A stretch of 13,684 nucleotides of DNA from NCBI GenBank assembly GCA_964411615.1, contig CAYPLO010000025.1, forward strand, positions 7,054-20,737, read 5' to 3'. The stretch's first letter is position 1. Each line of letters begins with the position of its first letter. A program made the translations under genes and the position numbers. This document shows, one piece after another, positions 1 to 8,299 of the stretch. The stretch is from an uncultured Aquificales bacterium. GTDB lineage: Bacteria; Thermosulfidibacterota; Thermosulfidibacteria; Thermosulfidibacterales; Thermosulfidibacteraceae. The notes beneath the pieces were generated by a model, which did no database searches, was not told where the DNA came from, and saw only the letters and a program-made list of their open reading frames with translations.

Positions 1-579
1 GGCTATGGCGTCTCCCACCCAGGGCCATCCGAAGTGGGCGGCAACTATCTTCAGTCTGGGGAAGTCCACCGCCACGTCGTCCAAATCTATGGGATGACAG
101 TATCTAAGGCGGGTTCCCGCGTGGTACTGGGTTCCCGTGTGAAAGATTATGGGGATTTCCAAATCCTGGGCCAGCTCGTATATGGGGTAAAAGAGCTGGT
201 CGTTGGTTCTCAGCTCGTTGAGGTGGGGGATGAACTTTAGCCCCTTCAGCCCGAGCTCCTTTACGGCGTGTTCAAGCTCCTCCAGGGCCAGCTTTCCCTT
301 TCTGGGGTCAACGCCTGCAAAGCCTATGAGCCTGTCCGGGTACTTTGATACGGCCTCTGCCACCAGCTCGTTTGGGGTTTTGAAGCCGAAGGTGGTCTCT
401 GCGTCCACCGCCACTATAACCGCCTTGTCAACGCCGGCCTCGTCCATGTCCCTTATGGTGTCCTCTAAGGTGGGGGTCAGGTGTTCTCCAAACATCTTTT
501 TGTAACTTTCCAGCATGAAGTCTGGAAAGGTCCTCAGCGCTTCCTCCGTCCACAGCTGGGAGTGGGTATCTATAATCAT
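1..579 (-). CDS. Amidohydrolase_2 family metal-dependent TIM-barrel hydrolase/decarboxylase (partial, runs off the left edge)
   Basis: Not in the ORF track. Manual translation from ATG 579 (GGAGG RBS upstream) is open to base 1: MIIDTHSQLW...DMDEAGVDKAVIV...NELVAEAVSKYPDRLIGFAGVDP...LGLKGLKF...YPIYELAQDLEIPIIFHTG...VDFPRLKIVAAHFGWPW. These are typical amidohydrolase_2 motifs. Confidence 0.9.
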   Translation of the reverse strand, partial: MIIDTHSQLWTEEALRTFPDFMLESYKKMFGEHLTPTLEDTIRDMDEAGVDKAVIVAVDAETTFGFKTPNELVAEAVSKYPDRLIGFAGVDPRKGKLALEELEHAVKELGLKGLKFIPHLNELRTNDQLFYPIYELAQDLEIPIIFHTGTQYHAGTRLRYCHPIDLDDVAVDFPRLKIVAAHFGWPWVGDAIA

Positions 580-592
580 GGTTTCCTCCATC

Positions 593-609
593 GTTAAGCC
601 AGGCTTAAC
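593..609. promoter_or_regulatory. Perfect 8-1-8 inverted repeat GTTAAGCC-A-GGCTTAAC, candidate operator
   Basis: Palindrome read directly in the divergent amidohydrolase/nadB intergenic region, just upstream of the amidohydrolase RBS. Function is inferred. Confidence 0.45.
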
Positions 610-693
610 ATCTTTTGCTTCTATTTAGCAATAGGGATGGGCAAAATCAAGTTCCAACTTCTGAATATTTTCGCTGAGGGAAATATAGGCAAG

Positions 694-722
694 TTGACTG
701 GATGCAGGCAACGTGTATATAT
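694..722 (+). promoter_or_regulatory. Putative sigma70 promoter of nadBAC
   Basis: TTGACT (694-699), 16-17 nt spacer, then TATATAT (716-722). ATG 730 follows 7 nt later. Confidence 0.55.
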
Positions 723-729
723 CCCGGCC

Positions 730-2298
730 ATGGTTAAAACGGATGTTCTGGTTATAGGTTCCGGCGTTGCGGGCCTCACCGCCGCTCTGAAGGCCTACGA
801 GGAGGGCTTTGACGTCTGTATCGTCACCAAGGGGGAGAGGCCTGAGGAGAGCAACACCGACCACGCCCAGGGAGGGATAGTATATAAGGGTAAGGGAGAT
901 TCCCCCGAACTTCTGGTTAGGGACATTCTGAACGCAGGGGCAGGGGCCGTAAATCCTGAGGCGGCGGAGGTTGTGGCCCGCTGGGGGCCCCGGCTGGTGA
1001 AGGAGATACTGATAGATAAGGTGAAGGTGCCCTTCAGCAAAGATGAGAGGGGGGAACTGGACTTTACCGAAGAGGGGGCCCACTCTGTAAGAAGGATAAT
1101 CCATGCCGATGACCTCACGGGCAGGGCCATTGAGAGGAGCCTTTTGAGTTACATACTCCAGAACACCCGGATAAAGATATACACCTCTCATGTTGCAATA
1201 GACCTTCTGACCCTACAGCACCACTGCGAGGACCCCACCAACGTTTACAGGCCTCCGGAGTGCCTCGGCGCCTACGTCTACTCTGTTAAAGAGGGGAGGG
1301 TGAAGCGCTTCCTTGCCAAGGCCACCATCCTCGCCACAGGTGGGCTGGGGCAGCTCTTTCTCCATACCACCAACCCTTCCGGTGCCACAGGGGATGGCTT
1401 TGCCATGGCCTACAGGGCAGGGGTGAGGCTCATAAACATGGAGTACGTCCAGTTTCATCCTACCACCCTCTACCACAAGGACGCCAGAAGGTTCCTCATA
1501 TCCGAATCGGTGAGGGGAGAGGGAGCCATATTGAAGACCCCCGATGGGGAGTCCTTTATGGAAAGGTACCATCCCCTTGGGTCCCTTGCCCCGAGGGATG
1601 TGGTCTCAAGGGCTATACATGAAGAGATGACGGAGAAGGGCTATAAGTATGTGCTTCTGGATTTGGCCTCTGCCATGGAGCCCGAGAGGATAAAGCGGAG
1701 GTTTCCCCACATATACGAGACCTGTCTGAGGTACGGGATAGACATAACCAAAGAGCCCATTCCGGTGGTGCCGGCGGTCCATTTTGCCTGCGGCGGGGTC
1801 AAGACCAACATGTGGGCTGAGACGGACATGAAGAGGCTGTTTGCGGTGGGGGAGGTGGCCTGCACGGGCCTGCACGGTGCAAACAGGCTGGCCAGCACTT
1901 CACTGCTGGAGGGGCTGGTCTTCGGTTACAGGGCGGTGCTGAGGATAAAGGAGCTGTGGGAGGAGCTTGATAGACCCGCTCCCGAGCCTGTTCCCTGGAT
2001 AGATACGGGGGAGTACGAACCGGACCCTGCCCTTATCCAGCAGGACTGGATAACCCTGAAACATATCATGTGGAACTACGTGGGGCTTGTGAGGACGGAG
2101 AAGCGCCTCAAGAGGGCCATATACGATTTGAGGCACCTCTGGTGGGAGGTGGAGGAGTTCTACAGGAAGGCCAAGCTCACCAGACAGCTCATAGAGCTGA
2201 GGAACGGGATACTGGTGGGCCTGGTCATAGCCAGGGCCGCCTACTCAAACAGGAAGTCAAGGGGATGCCATTACCGCAAGGATTCTCAGAGAAACTGA
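730..2298 (+). CDS. nadB: L-aspartate oxidase
   Basis: FAD-binding [11 protein letters not shown], then [61 protein letters not shown]. Adjacent to nadA and nadC. ATG 730 preferred over 637 because the family N-terminus starts there. Confidence 0.96.
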   Translation: MVKTDVLVIGSGVAGLTAALKAYEEGFDVCIVTKGERPEESNTDHAQGGIVYKGKGDSPELLVRDILNAGAGAVNPEAAEVVARWGPRLVKEILIDKVKVPFSKDERGELDFTEEGAHSVRRIIHADDLTGRAIERSLLSYILQNTRIKIYTSHVAIDLLTLQHHCEDPTNVYRPPECLGAYVYSVKEGRVKRFLAKATILATGGLGQLFLHTTNPSGATGDGFAMAYRAGVRLINMEYVQFHPTTLYHKDARRFLISESVRGEGAILKTPDGESFMERYHPLGSLAPRDVVSRAIHEEMTEKGYKYVLLDLASAMEPERIKRRFPHIYETCLRYGIDITKEPIPVVPAVHFACGGVKTNMWAETDMKRLFAVGEVACTGLHGANRLASTSLLEGLVFGYRAVLRIKELWEELDRPAPEPVPWIDTGEYEPDPALIQQDWITLKHIMWNYVGLVRTEKRLKRAIYDLRHLWWEVEEFYRKAKLTRQLIELRNGILVGLVIARAAYSNRKSRGCHYRKDSQRN

Positions 2299-2308
2299 GG
2301 GAGGGGAT

Positions 2309-3205
2309 ATGGGATTCAGGGAGGAGATTGAGAGGTTAAAGAAGGAGAAGGATGCCTTCATAATAGCCCATTATTATCAGCGGGAGGAGATACAGGAGGT
2401 TGCAGACTTCATAGGGGATTCCTTGGAGCTGAGCAGGCGCTGTAAAGAGATACCCAATAAGATTATCGTCTTCTGTGGCGTCTACTTCATGGCGGAGATT
2501 GCGAAGGTTCTTGCCCCCGAAAAGAAGGTGCTTATACCTTACAGAAACGCCGGATGCATCCTCGCCGATATGGCCACGCCGGATGAGGTGCTTGAGCTTA
2601 AAAGGAAGCACCCTGAGGCCAAGGTGGTGGCCTATGTGAATACCTACGCAGAGGTTAAGGCAGTTTCCGATGTCATATGCACCTCTGCCAATGCCGGGGA
2701 GGTGATAGAGAAGGTTGATGCCAATGAGGTGATATTCCTTCCCGATGGGAATCTCGCCGCATACCATGGCAAAAGGTCCGGCAAGCGGGTTATTCCCTGG
2801 GCGGGGTACTGTCCCGTCCACAACAGGATAACCTGGGACACCATAGAGAGGGTGAAGAAGAAACATCCAGATGCACTGGTTATAGTGCATCCCGAGTGTC
2901 CCCCTGAGACCACAGAGAGGGCCGACTTTGTGGGCTCCACATCCCAGCTGGTGAGGTTCGTTGCAGAGAGTTCCCACGGAAAGTTCATAGTGGGAACGGA
3001 GAAGGGAACGCTGTATATGATGAGAAAGGCTGCCCCTGATAAAACCCTTCTTCTTCCGGACCCGGAGCCGTTGTGCGACCAGATGAAGATGATAACCCCC
3101 GAGAGGCTGCTCAGGTGCCTTAAGGAGGAGGTTTACGAGGTTGAGGTCCCTGAGGAGGTTGCGGAAGGGGCAAGAAGGGCCATAGAGGCCATGTTCAGGC
3201 TATGA
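2309..3205 (+). CDS. nadA: Quinolinate synthase A [4Fe-4S]
   Basis: AHYYQ, GDSLEL, FCGVYFMAE, YVNT, CTSANA, HPEC, GSTS; three cluster cysteines in AGCIL, YCPVH, LCDQMK. GGAGG RBS. Confidence 0.97.
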   Translation: MGFREEIERLKKEKDAFIIAHYYQREEIQEVADFIGDSLELSRRCKEIPNKIIVFCGVYFMAEIAKVLAPEKKVLIPYRNAGCILADMATPDEVLELKRKHPEAKVVAYVNTYAEVKAVSDVICTSANAGEVIEKVDANEVIFLPDGNLAAYHGKRSGKRVIPWAGYCPVHNRITWDTIERVKKKHPDALVIVHPECPPETTERADFVGSTSQLVRFVAESSHGKFIVGTEKGTLYMMRKAAPDKTLLLPDPEPLCDQMKMITPERLLRCLKEEVYEVEVPEEVAEGARRAIEAMFRL

Positions 3206-4035
3206 GACTGCATCCCCTTCTTTACAGAAGGAGCCTTGAGGAGTTTCTGAAGGAAGATTTGGGCCACGGGGATATAACCACCCTGTCCCTTGGCCTCTCA
3301 TCAAGGGCTGAGGCTGTTGTGAGGGCCAAGGAGCCTCTTGTGGTTGCGGGCATTCCCTTCGTTGTGGAGCTATTCAGGATTCTTGACCCTGAGGCCACCT
3401 TTGAGGTGATGAGGGGGGAGGGGGAGGAGGCTGCTGAGGGGGATGAGCTTCTCAGGATTCGTGCATCTGTAGACGCCCTGCTTATGGGGGAGAGAACCGC
3501 ACTGAACCTGCTCCAGAGGCTTTCGGGGATTGCCACCCTCACAAAGAGCATGGTGGAGGCCATAAGGGGCACCAGGGCAACCCTTGTGGATACCAGAAAG
3601 ACCACTCCGGGTTTGAGACTCTTTGAGAAGTACGCTGTGAGGGTGGGAGGTGCCAGGAATCATCGCATGGGCCTTTACGACTGTGCCATGATAAAGGACA
3701 ACCATATAAAGGCGGCAGGTGGCATAAAAAGGGCTGTGGAGGCGGTGAGGAAGGGTATTCCTTATACGGCGAGGATTGAGGTTGAGGTGAGGAGCCTTGA
3801 AGAGCTTGAAGAGGCTATGGAGGCGGGGGCCGATATAGCCCTTCTGGACAACATGGATGTGTCAACCATGAGGAAGGCGGTGGAGCTGGCCGCTGGCAGG
3901 ATACTCCTTGAGGCTTCTGGGGGTATAAACCCGCAGAACATCAGGGAGGTGGCAGAGACCGGAGTGGACTACATATCCGCCGGCTTCATCGTTCATCATG
4001 CCGTGTGGAAGGATATAAATATGAAGCTGCTTTAG
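3202..4035 (+). CDS. nadC: Nicotinate-nucleotide diphosphorylase (carboxylating), quinolinate phosphoribosyltransferase
   Basis: [61 protein letters not shown] overlap with nadA. Confidence 0.97.
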   Translation: MRLHPLLYRRSLEEFLKEDLGHGDITTLSLGLSSRAEAVVRAKEPLVVAGIPFVVELFRILDPEATFEVMRGEGEEAAEGDELLRIRASVDALLMGERTALNLLQRLSGIATLTKSMVEAIRGTRATLVDTRKTTPGLRLFEKYAVRVGGARNHRMGLYDCAMIKDNHIKAAGGIKRAVEAVRKGIPYTARIEVEVRSLEELEEAMEAGADIALLDNMDVSTMRKAVELAAGRILLEASGGINPQNIREVAETGVDYISAGFIVHHAVWKDINMKLL

Positions 4036-5531
4036 CCCTCCACGTTTATGCCTATGCGCAGGTTGCCCCATATCTTGCCCTCTACGTATAGGGGCATGTC
4101 CGCCTCAAGGAGTATCTCGCCGGTGTCCCTGTAGTACACCTGTAGCAGCAGCGGGTCCCTGTTTCTCGCAGCCCTTGAGCCCACAGGGTCCGTGAATATC
4201 CTCTGGCCACGGCTGTACTTTACGTCCCTCTCGTAGTCGCCTGTTAGTGGCTGGTCAAACTGCTTGTGGTGGGTGGGGGCGTATCCGTTATCGTCAACGG
4301 GAACCAGGTACAGCAGTTTGGGGTGCTTCTGGACGTACTCGTCCATTATGGGCTGGATATGCTGTCTGAAGAAGTCGGTGAATCTGGTTCTGTACTTCTT
4401 GGGGGAGGTGTTGGGTATCTCAACGTAGTTTCTATCCCAGATGTCGGCGCTGGATATAACGCCTTTCTTGATGGCTTCCTCAATGGTCTGCTCTATCTTC
4501 TCTTTGCACTTTCTGGCTATGTCAAAGAGCTCCTCAAGGGCGTGGCCCGTTCTGAACCTCTGGATAACCTTGGTGGTTATCTCAAGAATCTTCTCAAGGT
4601 CCGTTGAGCCCTTCTCAACGGAGTCAAGGGAGGAGACCACTATGTTGAAGGAGTTGGCTATGGCTCCTATGGTTTGGGATATCTCCTCGGAGCTTGCCGC
4701 CTGCTCCTCAACGGCGGCGCTTATGGAGTTTATCATGTCCCTGGCCTGCTGTATCCTCTGGCTCAGCTCCTCCATCTCCCGGGTGAGGGCTTCTATGCTC
4801 TTATCCGATGCCTCTATCTTCTCGGATATGGCCTTGTTCTCCTTTATCAGCCTGCTTATCTCCGCAGATATGCTGTTCACCGTCTCGTTTATCTCCTTGG
4901 AACGTTTGAGGGTCTCTTCAGCCAGCTTCCTCACCTCGTCTGCAACAACGGCGAAGCCCCTTCCGTGCTCCCCTGCCCTTGCCGCCTCAATGGCTGCGTT
5001 GAGGGCCAGGAGGTTGGTCTGGTCCGCTATGTTGTTTATAACCTCCACTATCTTCAGTATGTTGCCTATGCTCTGCTCTAAGGTCTCTGTAATCTCCCTG
5101 CCCCTTGAGCTTGCCTCAAGGACCCCTTTGGAGCCTGCGTTCACATCCTCAATCACCTTGAGGGTCTTCTCCGTATACTCCTCCACCTCGTCCATGAACT
5201 TCTTGAGCTCTTCCATGTGACCTGAGACTTCGCCTATGGCGTGGGTGCTCTCTCCGATGGCGATGTTTATGGACTCTATGTTCTCCTTTATCTCCTTTAT
5301 CTGCTCGTGGGTTTTGCTGAGGGCGAACTTGAGCCTTCCGTTGAAGACCGCCGCCTTTGTGGCCTCTTCCGTGAGGAAGTAGAAGATGTCCCTCACATCA
5401 CCCAGTATCTCCTTGGCTATCCTTCCGTCCTCTGACTGGGTGGGTATTGCCTCAACCTTGGTCAGGTCAACAAGCCCGTTTCTGACCAGCTCTTTAAATA
5501 GTCCCACCTTGGAGTTCCCAAACAGTCCCAT
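4032..5531 (-). CDS. Cytoplasmic methyl-accepting chemotaxis protein with a C-terminal sensor-like domain
   Basis: MA signature [38 protein letters not shown], methylation-type [11 protein letters not shown], no transmembrane segment, about 170 aa globular C-terminal extension. AGGAGG RBS lies in the pyrE 3' end. Confidence 0.93.
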   Translation of the reverse strand: MGLFGNSKVGLFKELVRNGLVDLTKVEAIPTQSEDGRIAKEILGDVRDIFYFLTEEATKAAVFNGRLKFALSKTHEQIKEIKENIESINIAIGESTHAIGEVSGHMEELKKFMDEVEEYTEKTLKVIEDVNAGSKGVLEASSRGREITETLEQSIGNILKIVEVINNIADQTNLLALNAAIEAARAGEHGRGFAVVADEVRKLAEETLKRSKEINETVNSISAEISRLIKENKAISEKIEASDKSIEALTREMEELSQRIQQARDMINSISAAVEEQAASSEEISQTIGAIANSFNIVVSSLDSVEKGSTDLEKILEITTKVIQRFRTGHALEELFDIARKCKEKIEQTIEEAIKKGVISSADIWDRNYVEIPNTSPKKYRTRFTDFFRQHIQPIMDEYVQKHPKLLYLVPVDDNGYAPTHHKQFDQPLTGDYERDVKYSRGQRIFTDPVGSRAARNRDPLLLQVYYRDTGEILLEADMPLYVEGKIWGNLRIGINVEG

Positions 5532-5534
5532 CCT

Positions 5535-6089
5535 CTACCTCCTGTACCTCTCCATAAGCTCGCTTCTGGTGAAGACGGCCCTCACCGGGTATCCGAGCCT
5601 CTCCACCGTCTCTTTCCCACCTTCCTCCCTGTCCACAAGAACGAGGACCTCACATACCACAAGCCCGTGGTCCGTTGCAACTTTTATGGCCCTTAAAGCC
5701 GAAGTTCCCGTTGTCATAACATCCTCAAGTATGGCCACCCTCTCTCCCGGCTTTACAGGTCCCTCCAGCATCCTTCCCGTGCCGTGGTCCTTGGGTTCTT
5801 TCCTTATCACAAAGGCCTTTATGGGGTTACCCTTGAGGTGGCTGGTGTAGGCTAAGGCGTAGGCCAAGGGGTCCGCTCCCATGGTCAGTCCACCTGCTGC
5901 TGTTATGTTGCTGTCTTTGACCATCTCGTAGAGGATGTTCCCTATGAGAACCAGCCCCTCAGGGTCCATGGTGACAGGCTTGCAGTTTATGTAGTAGTTG
6001 CTAAGCTTGCCTGAGGCCAGCCGGAAGGTGGGCTCTTCAGAGTATAGGAAGGACCTCTCAAGCAGCATCTCAAGCAGCCTCTCCCTCAA
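5535..6089 (-). CDS. pyrE: Orotate phosphoribosyltransferase
   Basis: [27 protein letters not shown]-binding loop [22 protein letters not shown] start with AGGAGG RBS. Confidence 0.95.
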   Translation of the reverse strand: MRERLLEMLLERSFLYSEEPTFRLASGKLSNYYINCKPVTMDPEGLVLIGNILYEMVKDSNITAAGGLTMGADPLAYALAYTSHLKGNPIKAFVIRKEPKDHGTGRMLEGPVKPGERVAILEDVMTTGTSALRAIKVATDHGLVVCEVLVLVDREEGGKETVERLGYPVRAVFTRSELMERYRR

Positions 6090-6120
6090 TCCAGCCTCCT
6101 TTGATAGGGTTGAACCTGTC

Positions 6121-6150
6121 TTGCTGTTACTACATTTTTTGGGCTATAAG
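6121..6150 (+). promoter_or_regulatory. Putative sigma70 promoter of cbiA, overlapping a possible divergent pyrE promoter
   Basis: Plus strand: TTGCTG (6121-6126)-N18-TATAAG (6145-6150). Minus strand: TTGCCC (6155-6150)-N17-TAGTAA (6132-6127). Both -10 elements are imperfect. Confidence 0.4.
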
Positions 6151-6156
6151 GGCAAC

Positions 6157-7491
6157 ATGCCGAAGGCCATTCTTTGTGCAGGATTGGGAAGCGGATGCGG
6201 TAAGACCACCGTCACAACCGCCATAGTTCTCGCCTTGAGGAGAAGGGGGCTTAAGGTCCAGCCCTTCAAGGTGGGTCCTGACTACATAGACCCCCAGCAC
6301 CTGTCAAGGGCTGCGGGGGTTCCGTGCAGGAACCTTGATGTGTGGATGATGGGAAGAGAGGGGGTGGTACACAACTTCAAAAAGGGGGCTTATGGGGCCC
6401 ATGTGTGTGTGGTTGAGGGGGTGGGGGGGATATACGACGGGCTCGGGACTGAGGAGCTGGCATCGACGGCTCAGGTTGCCAAGTTGCTGGATATTCCTGT
6501 GGTCCTTGTGGTGGATGCGTGGGGGATTTCCAGGACTGCTGCGGCCCTTATCAAAGGAATAGCCGATTTTGATAGGGTTCGCATAAAGGGGGTTATATTC
6601 AACTTCGTTGGAAGTGAAGGCCACTACGGACTGCTAAGAAGGATTGTAGAGGAGCATCTGCCCCACGTGAGGGTTCTGGGGGGTATACTCAGGAGCAAGA
6701 AGGGCTTCGTTCCGGAGAGGCACTTGGGGATACTCCAGGCGGATGAGCTGGACTGGAAGGAGAGGGAGGAGGTGCTCTCTGAGATAGCCCGACAGATAGA
6801 TGTGGATGGTCTCCTTGAGGTGGCGGAGGATGTGGAGGTGGAGGCTGTGGCGGAGCTGGAGAGGGTGTGCAGCAGGAGGGTTGCAGTGGCCAGGGACAGG
6901 GCCTTCTCCTTTCTCTACGCCGAAAGCTTAGAGGCCCTTGGTGAGCTGGGAGCAGATGTTCTCTTCTTCTCGCCCCTTGCAGGTGATACCATTCCTCCTC
7001 ATGCCGAGGCCCTCATTCTGCCCGGAGGTTATCCAGAGCTTGAGGCCGAAAGACTCATGTCAAATGGGGAGTTTGTGAAGGACTTGAAGGAGTTTGTGGC
7101 TTCAGGCCTTCCCGTTTACGCTGAGTGTGGGGGGCTTATCTTCCTCGCAGAAAGGATTCGTTACAAGGGTAAGGACCACCCCATGGCGGGGGTGCTTCCC
7201 ATTGAGGTGGAGTTCGGCTCAAGGCCCATACTGGGGTATGCAACGGGAACTCCAACCCCACGGCATCCCTTCGTTTCGCCTGTTGTCAGGGTTAACGGCC
7301 ACATCTTCCACTACTCTCAGGTGAGGGAGAGGGAGGAGCTTCCCCCTGCATACAGGGTTCATATCCCTTCAAAGGGTATCACGGTCTGGGAGGGCTTTGT
7401 GGTGAACAGGCTTGTTGCCACGTACCTTCACACCTGCTGGTACTACGGCGGGGGAAGGAGGCTGCTGGAGGGGCTACTGAGCCTCCCCTGA
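6157..7491 (+). CDS. cbiA: Cobyrinate/hydrogenobyrinate a,c-diamide synthase (CbiA/CobB family)
   Basis: P-loop GSGCGKTTVT, PFKVGPDYID, RNLD, VEGVGGIYDG, PERHLG, AFSFLY, GGYPE, and GATase nucleophile elbow AECGG. ATG 6157 chosen because the 5998 start overlaps pyrE. Confidence 0.92.
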   Translation: MPKAILCAGLGSGCGKTTVTTAIVLALRRRGLKVQPFKVGPDYIDPQHLSRAAGVPCRNLDVWMMGREGVVHNFKKGAYGAHVCVVEGVGGIYDGLGTEELASTAQVAKLLDIPVVLVVDAWGISRTAAALIKGIADFDRVRIKGVIFNFVGSEGHYGLLRRIVEEHLPHVRVLGGILRSKKGFVPERHLGILQADELDWKEREEVLSEIARQIDVDGLLEVAEDVEVEAVAELERVCSRRVAVARDRAFSFLYAESLEALGELGADVLFFSPLAGDTIPPHAEALILPGGYPELEAERLMSNGEFVKDLKEFVASGLPVYAECGGLIFLAERIRYKGKDHPMAGVLPIEVEFGSRPILGYATGTPTPRHPFVSPVVRVNGHIFHYSQVREREELPPAYRVHIPSKGITVWEGFVVNRLVATYLHTCWYYGGGRRLLEGLLSLP

Positions 7492-8268
7492 GGGGCCCTG
7501 CTTATCTATGACCTCCGGGTTTATGGGCTCAAGGTAGTCTCCCTCCATACGAACCAGAAGCACTCCCCTCCTGTTGGCCAGCCCCACTAAGTCCTCTGGT
7601 ATCCTGAAGGCGGCCAGAATCGGTATGATGTTCCTTCCTTGCCAGTCAGGCTCGTAGTAGAGGAGGTTCTCAAGCTTGCTGCGGAACTCCTGAAAATGCT
7701 CGGGCCTGAGCTGGCTCTTCACCTCAGCCACCAGGACCACCTCGTTGCCCGATGGGTCTTCTGCAACCACAATGGCATCGTACTGGTTGTAACGTCCCTC
7801 TTTGCGGTACTCTACATCCAGCATGCGCTTTATGACGTTGAGGCCCAGCCTCTCGGCAAGGTACGGGATACCGGGGGCGAAGATATCCTCTGCTATAGTT
7901 CCCAGCCTGTTGGCCAGTTCCCCCCACCTTCTGTTCATCTCGTCTTTGAAGGCCCTCATCTCATCTTTAAAAGCTGTCATCTCGTCTTTGAAAACCTTCA
8001 TCTCATCCTTGAAAGCGGTCATCTCATCCTTGAACACCTTCATCTCGTTCTTAAAAGCGGTCATTTCATCTTTAAAGACCTTCATCTCGTCCTTGAACTC
8101 TTTGAACTCCCGTGTGAGGGTCTCCAGATAGCGGCGAAGCTCAATGGTGGCTATGAGGTTGTCGGTGGATATCTGCTTAAGAAGGTTCAGCTCCTTTATA
8201 GAGTCCTCCAGCCTTCTTTCCTGCCTCTCCAGCCTTTCCCGGAAGTGCTCCAGCTCTTCGGGAAGCAC
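7474..8268 (-). CDS. Coiled-coil heptad-repeat protein with C-terminal PD-(D/E)XK nuclease-like domain (DUF3782/DUF1626-like architecture)
   Basis: N-terminal coiled coil, 8 FKDEMxx heptads, then LGTIAED...QYDAIVV...VAEVKS (E127, D164, E182, K184), matching the restriction-endonuclease-like E...D...ExK pattern. GTG start with GGAGG RBS. Confidence 0.8.
   Translation of the reverse strand: MLPEELEHFRERLERQERRLEDSIKELNLLKQISTDNLIATIELRRYLETLTREFKEFKDEMKVFKDEMTAFKNEMKVFKDEMTAFKDEMKVFKDEMTAFKDEMRAFKDEMNRRWGELANRLGTIAEDIFAPGIPYLAERLGLNVIKRMLDVEYRKEGRYNQYDAIVVAEDPSGNEVVLVAEVKSQLRPEHFQEFRSKLENLLYYEPDWQGRNIIPILAAFRIPEDLVGLANRRGVLLVRMEGDYLEPINPEVIDKQGPSGEAQ
7930..8097 (-). repeat. Intragenic tandem repeat: 8 x 21 bp (FKDEMxx), with a 42-bp higher-order KV/TA alternation
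   Basis: Units encode FKDEMKV, FKDEMTA, FKNEMKV, FKDEMTA, FKDEMKV, FKDEMTA, FKDEMRA, FKDEMNR. No two DNA units are identical. Confidence 0.97.
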
Positions 8269-8299
8269 CTTTAACCTCCCGTCCTAACTCTTCACTCTC

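Noticed and set aside
109..140. Direct repeat GGGTTCCCG x2 and small hairpin GCGGG-TT-CCCGC
   Set aside because: Inside the amidohydrolase CDS (HTGTQYHAGTR); explained by the repeated peptide.
34..505. Plus-strand ORFs 34..240 and 203..505
   Set aside because: Antisense to the amidohydrolase gene, with no motifs.
615..645. Possible minus-strand sigma54 promoter (TTGC at -12)
   Set aside because: The required GG at -24 is absent (CC at that spacing).
637..729. 31-aa N-terminal extension of NadB in the ORF track
   Set aside because: No family similarity, and it overlaps the predicted promoter. Family sequence begins at ATG 730.
4441..5220. 259-aa Ser-rich plus-strand ORF
   Set aside because: Antisense shadow of the MCP signalling domain.
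5998..6156. N-terminal extension of CbiA in the ORF track
   Set aside because: Overlaps pyrE on the opposite strand and the promoter region. The P-loop domain starts at ATG 6157.
7930..8097. Possible CRISPR array
   Set aside because: Units are contiguous and in-frame, vary at third codon positions, have no unique spacers, and no cas genes are nearby. It is a coding repeat.
7639..8274. 211-aa plus-strand ORF with periodic HL(V/I) repeats (and 7802..8131)
   Set aside because: Antisense shadow of the heptad repeat. The minus-strand gene has the RBS, promoter and motifs.
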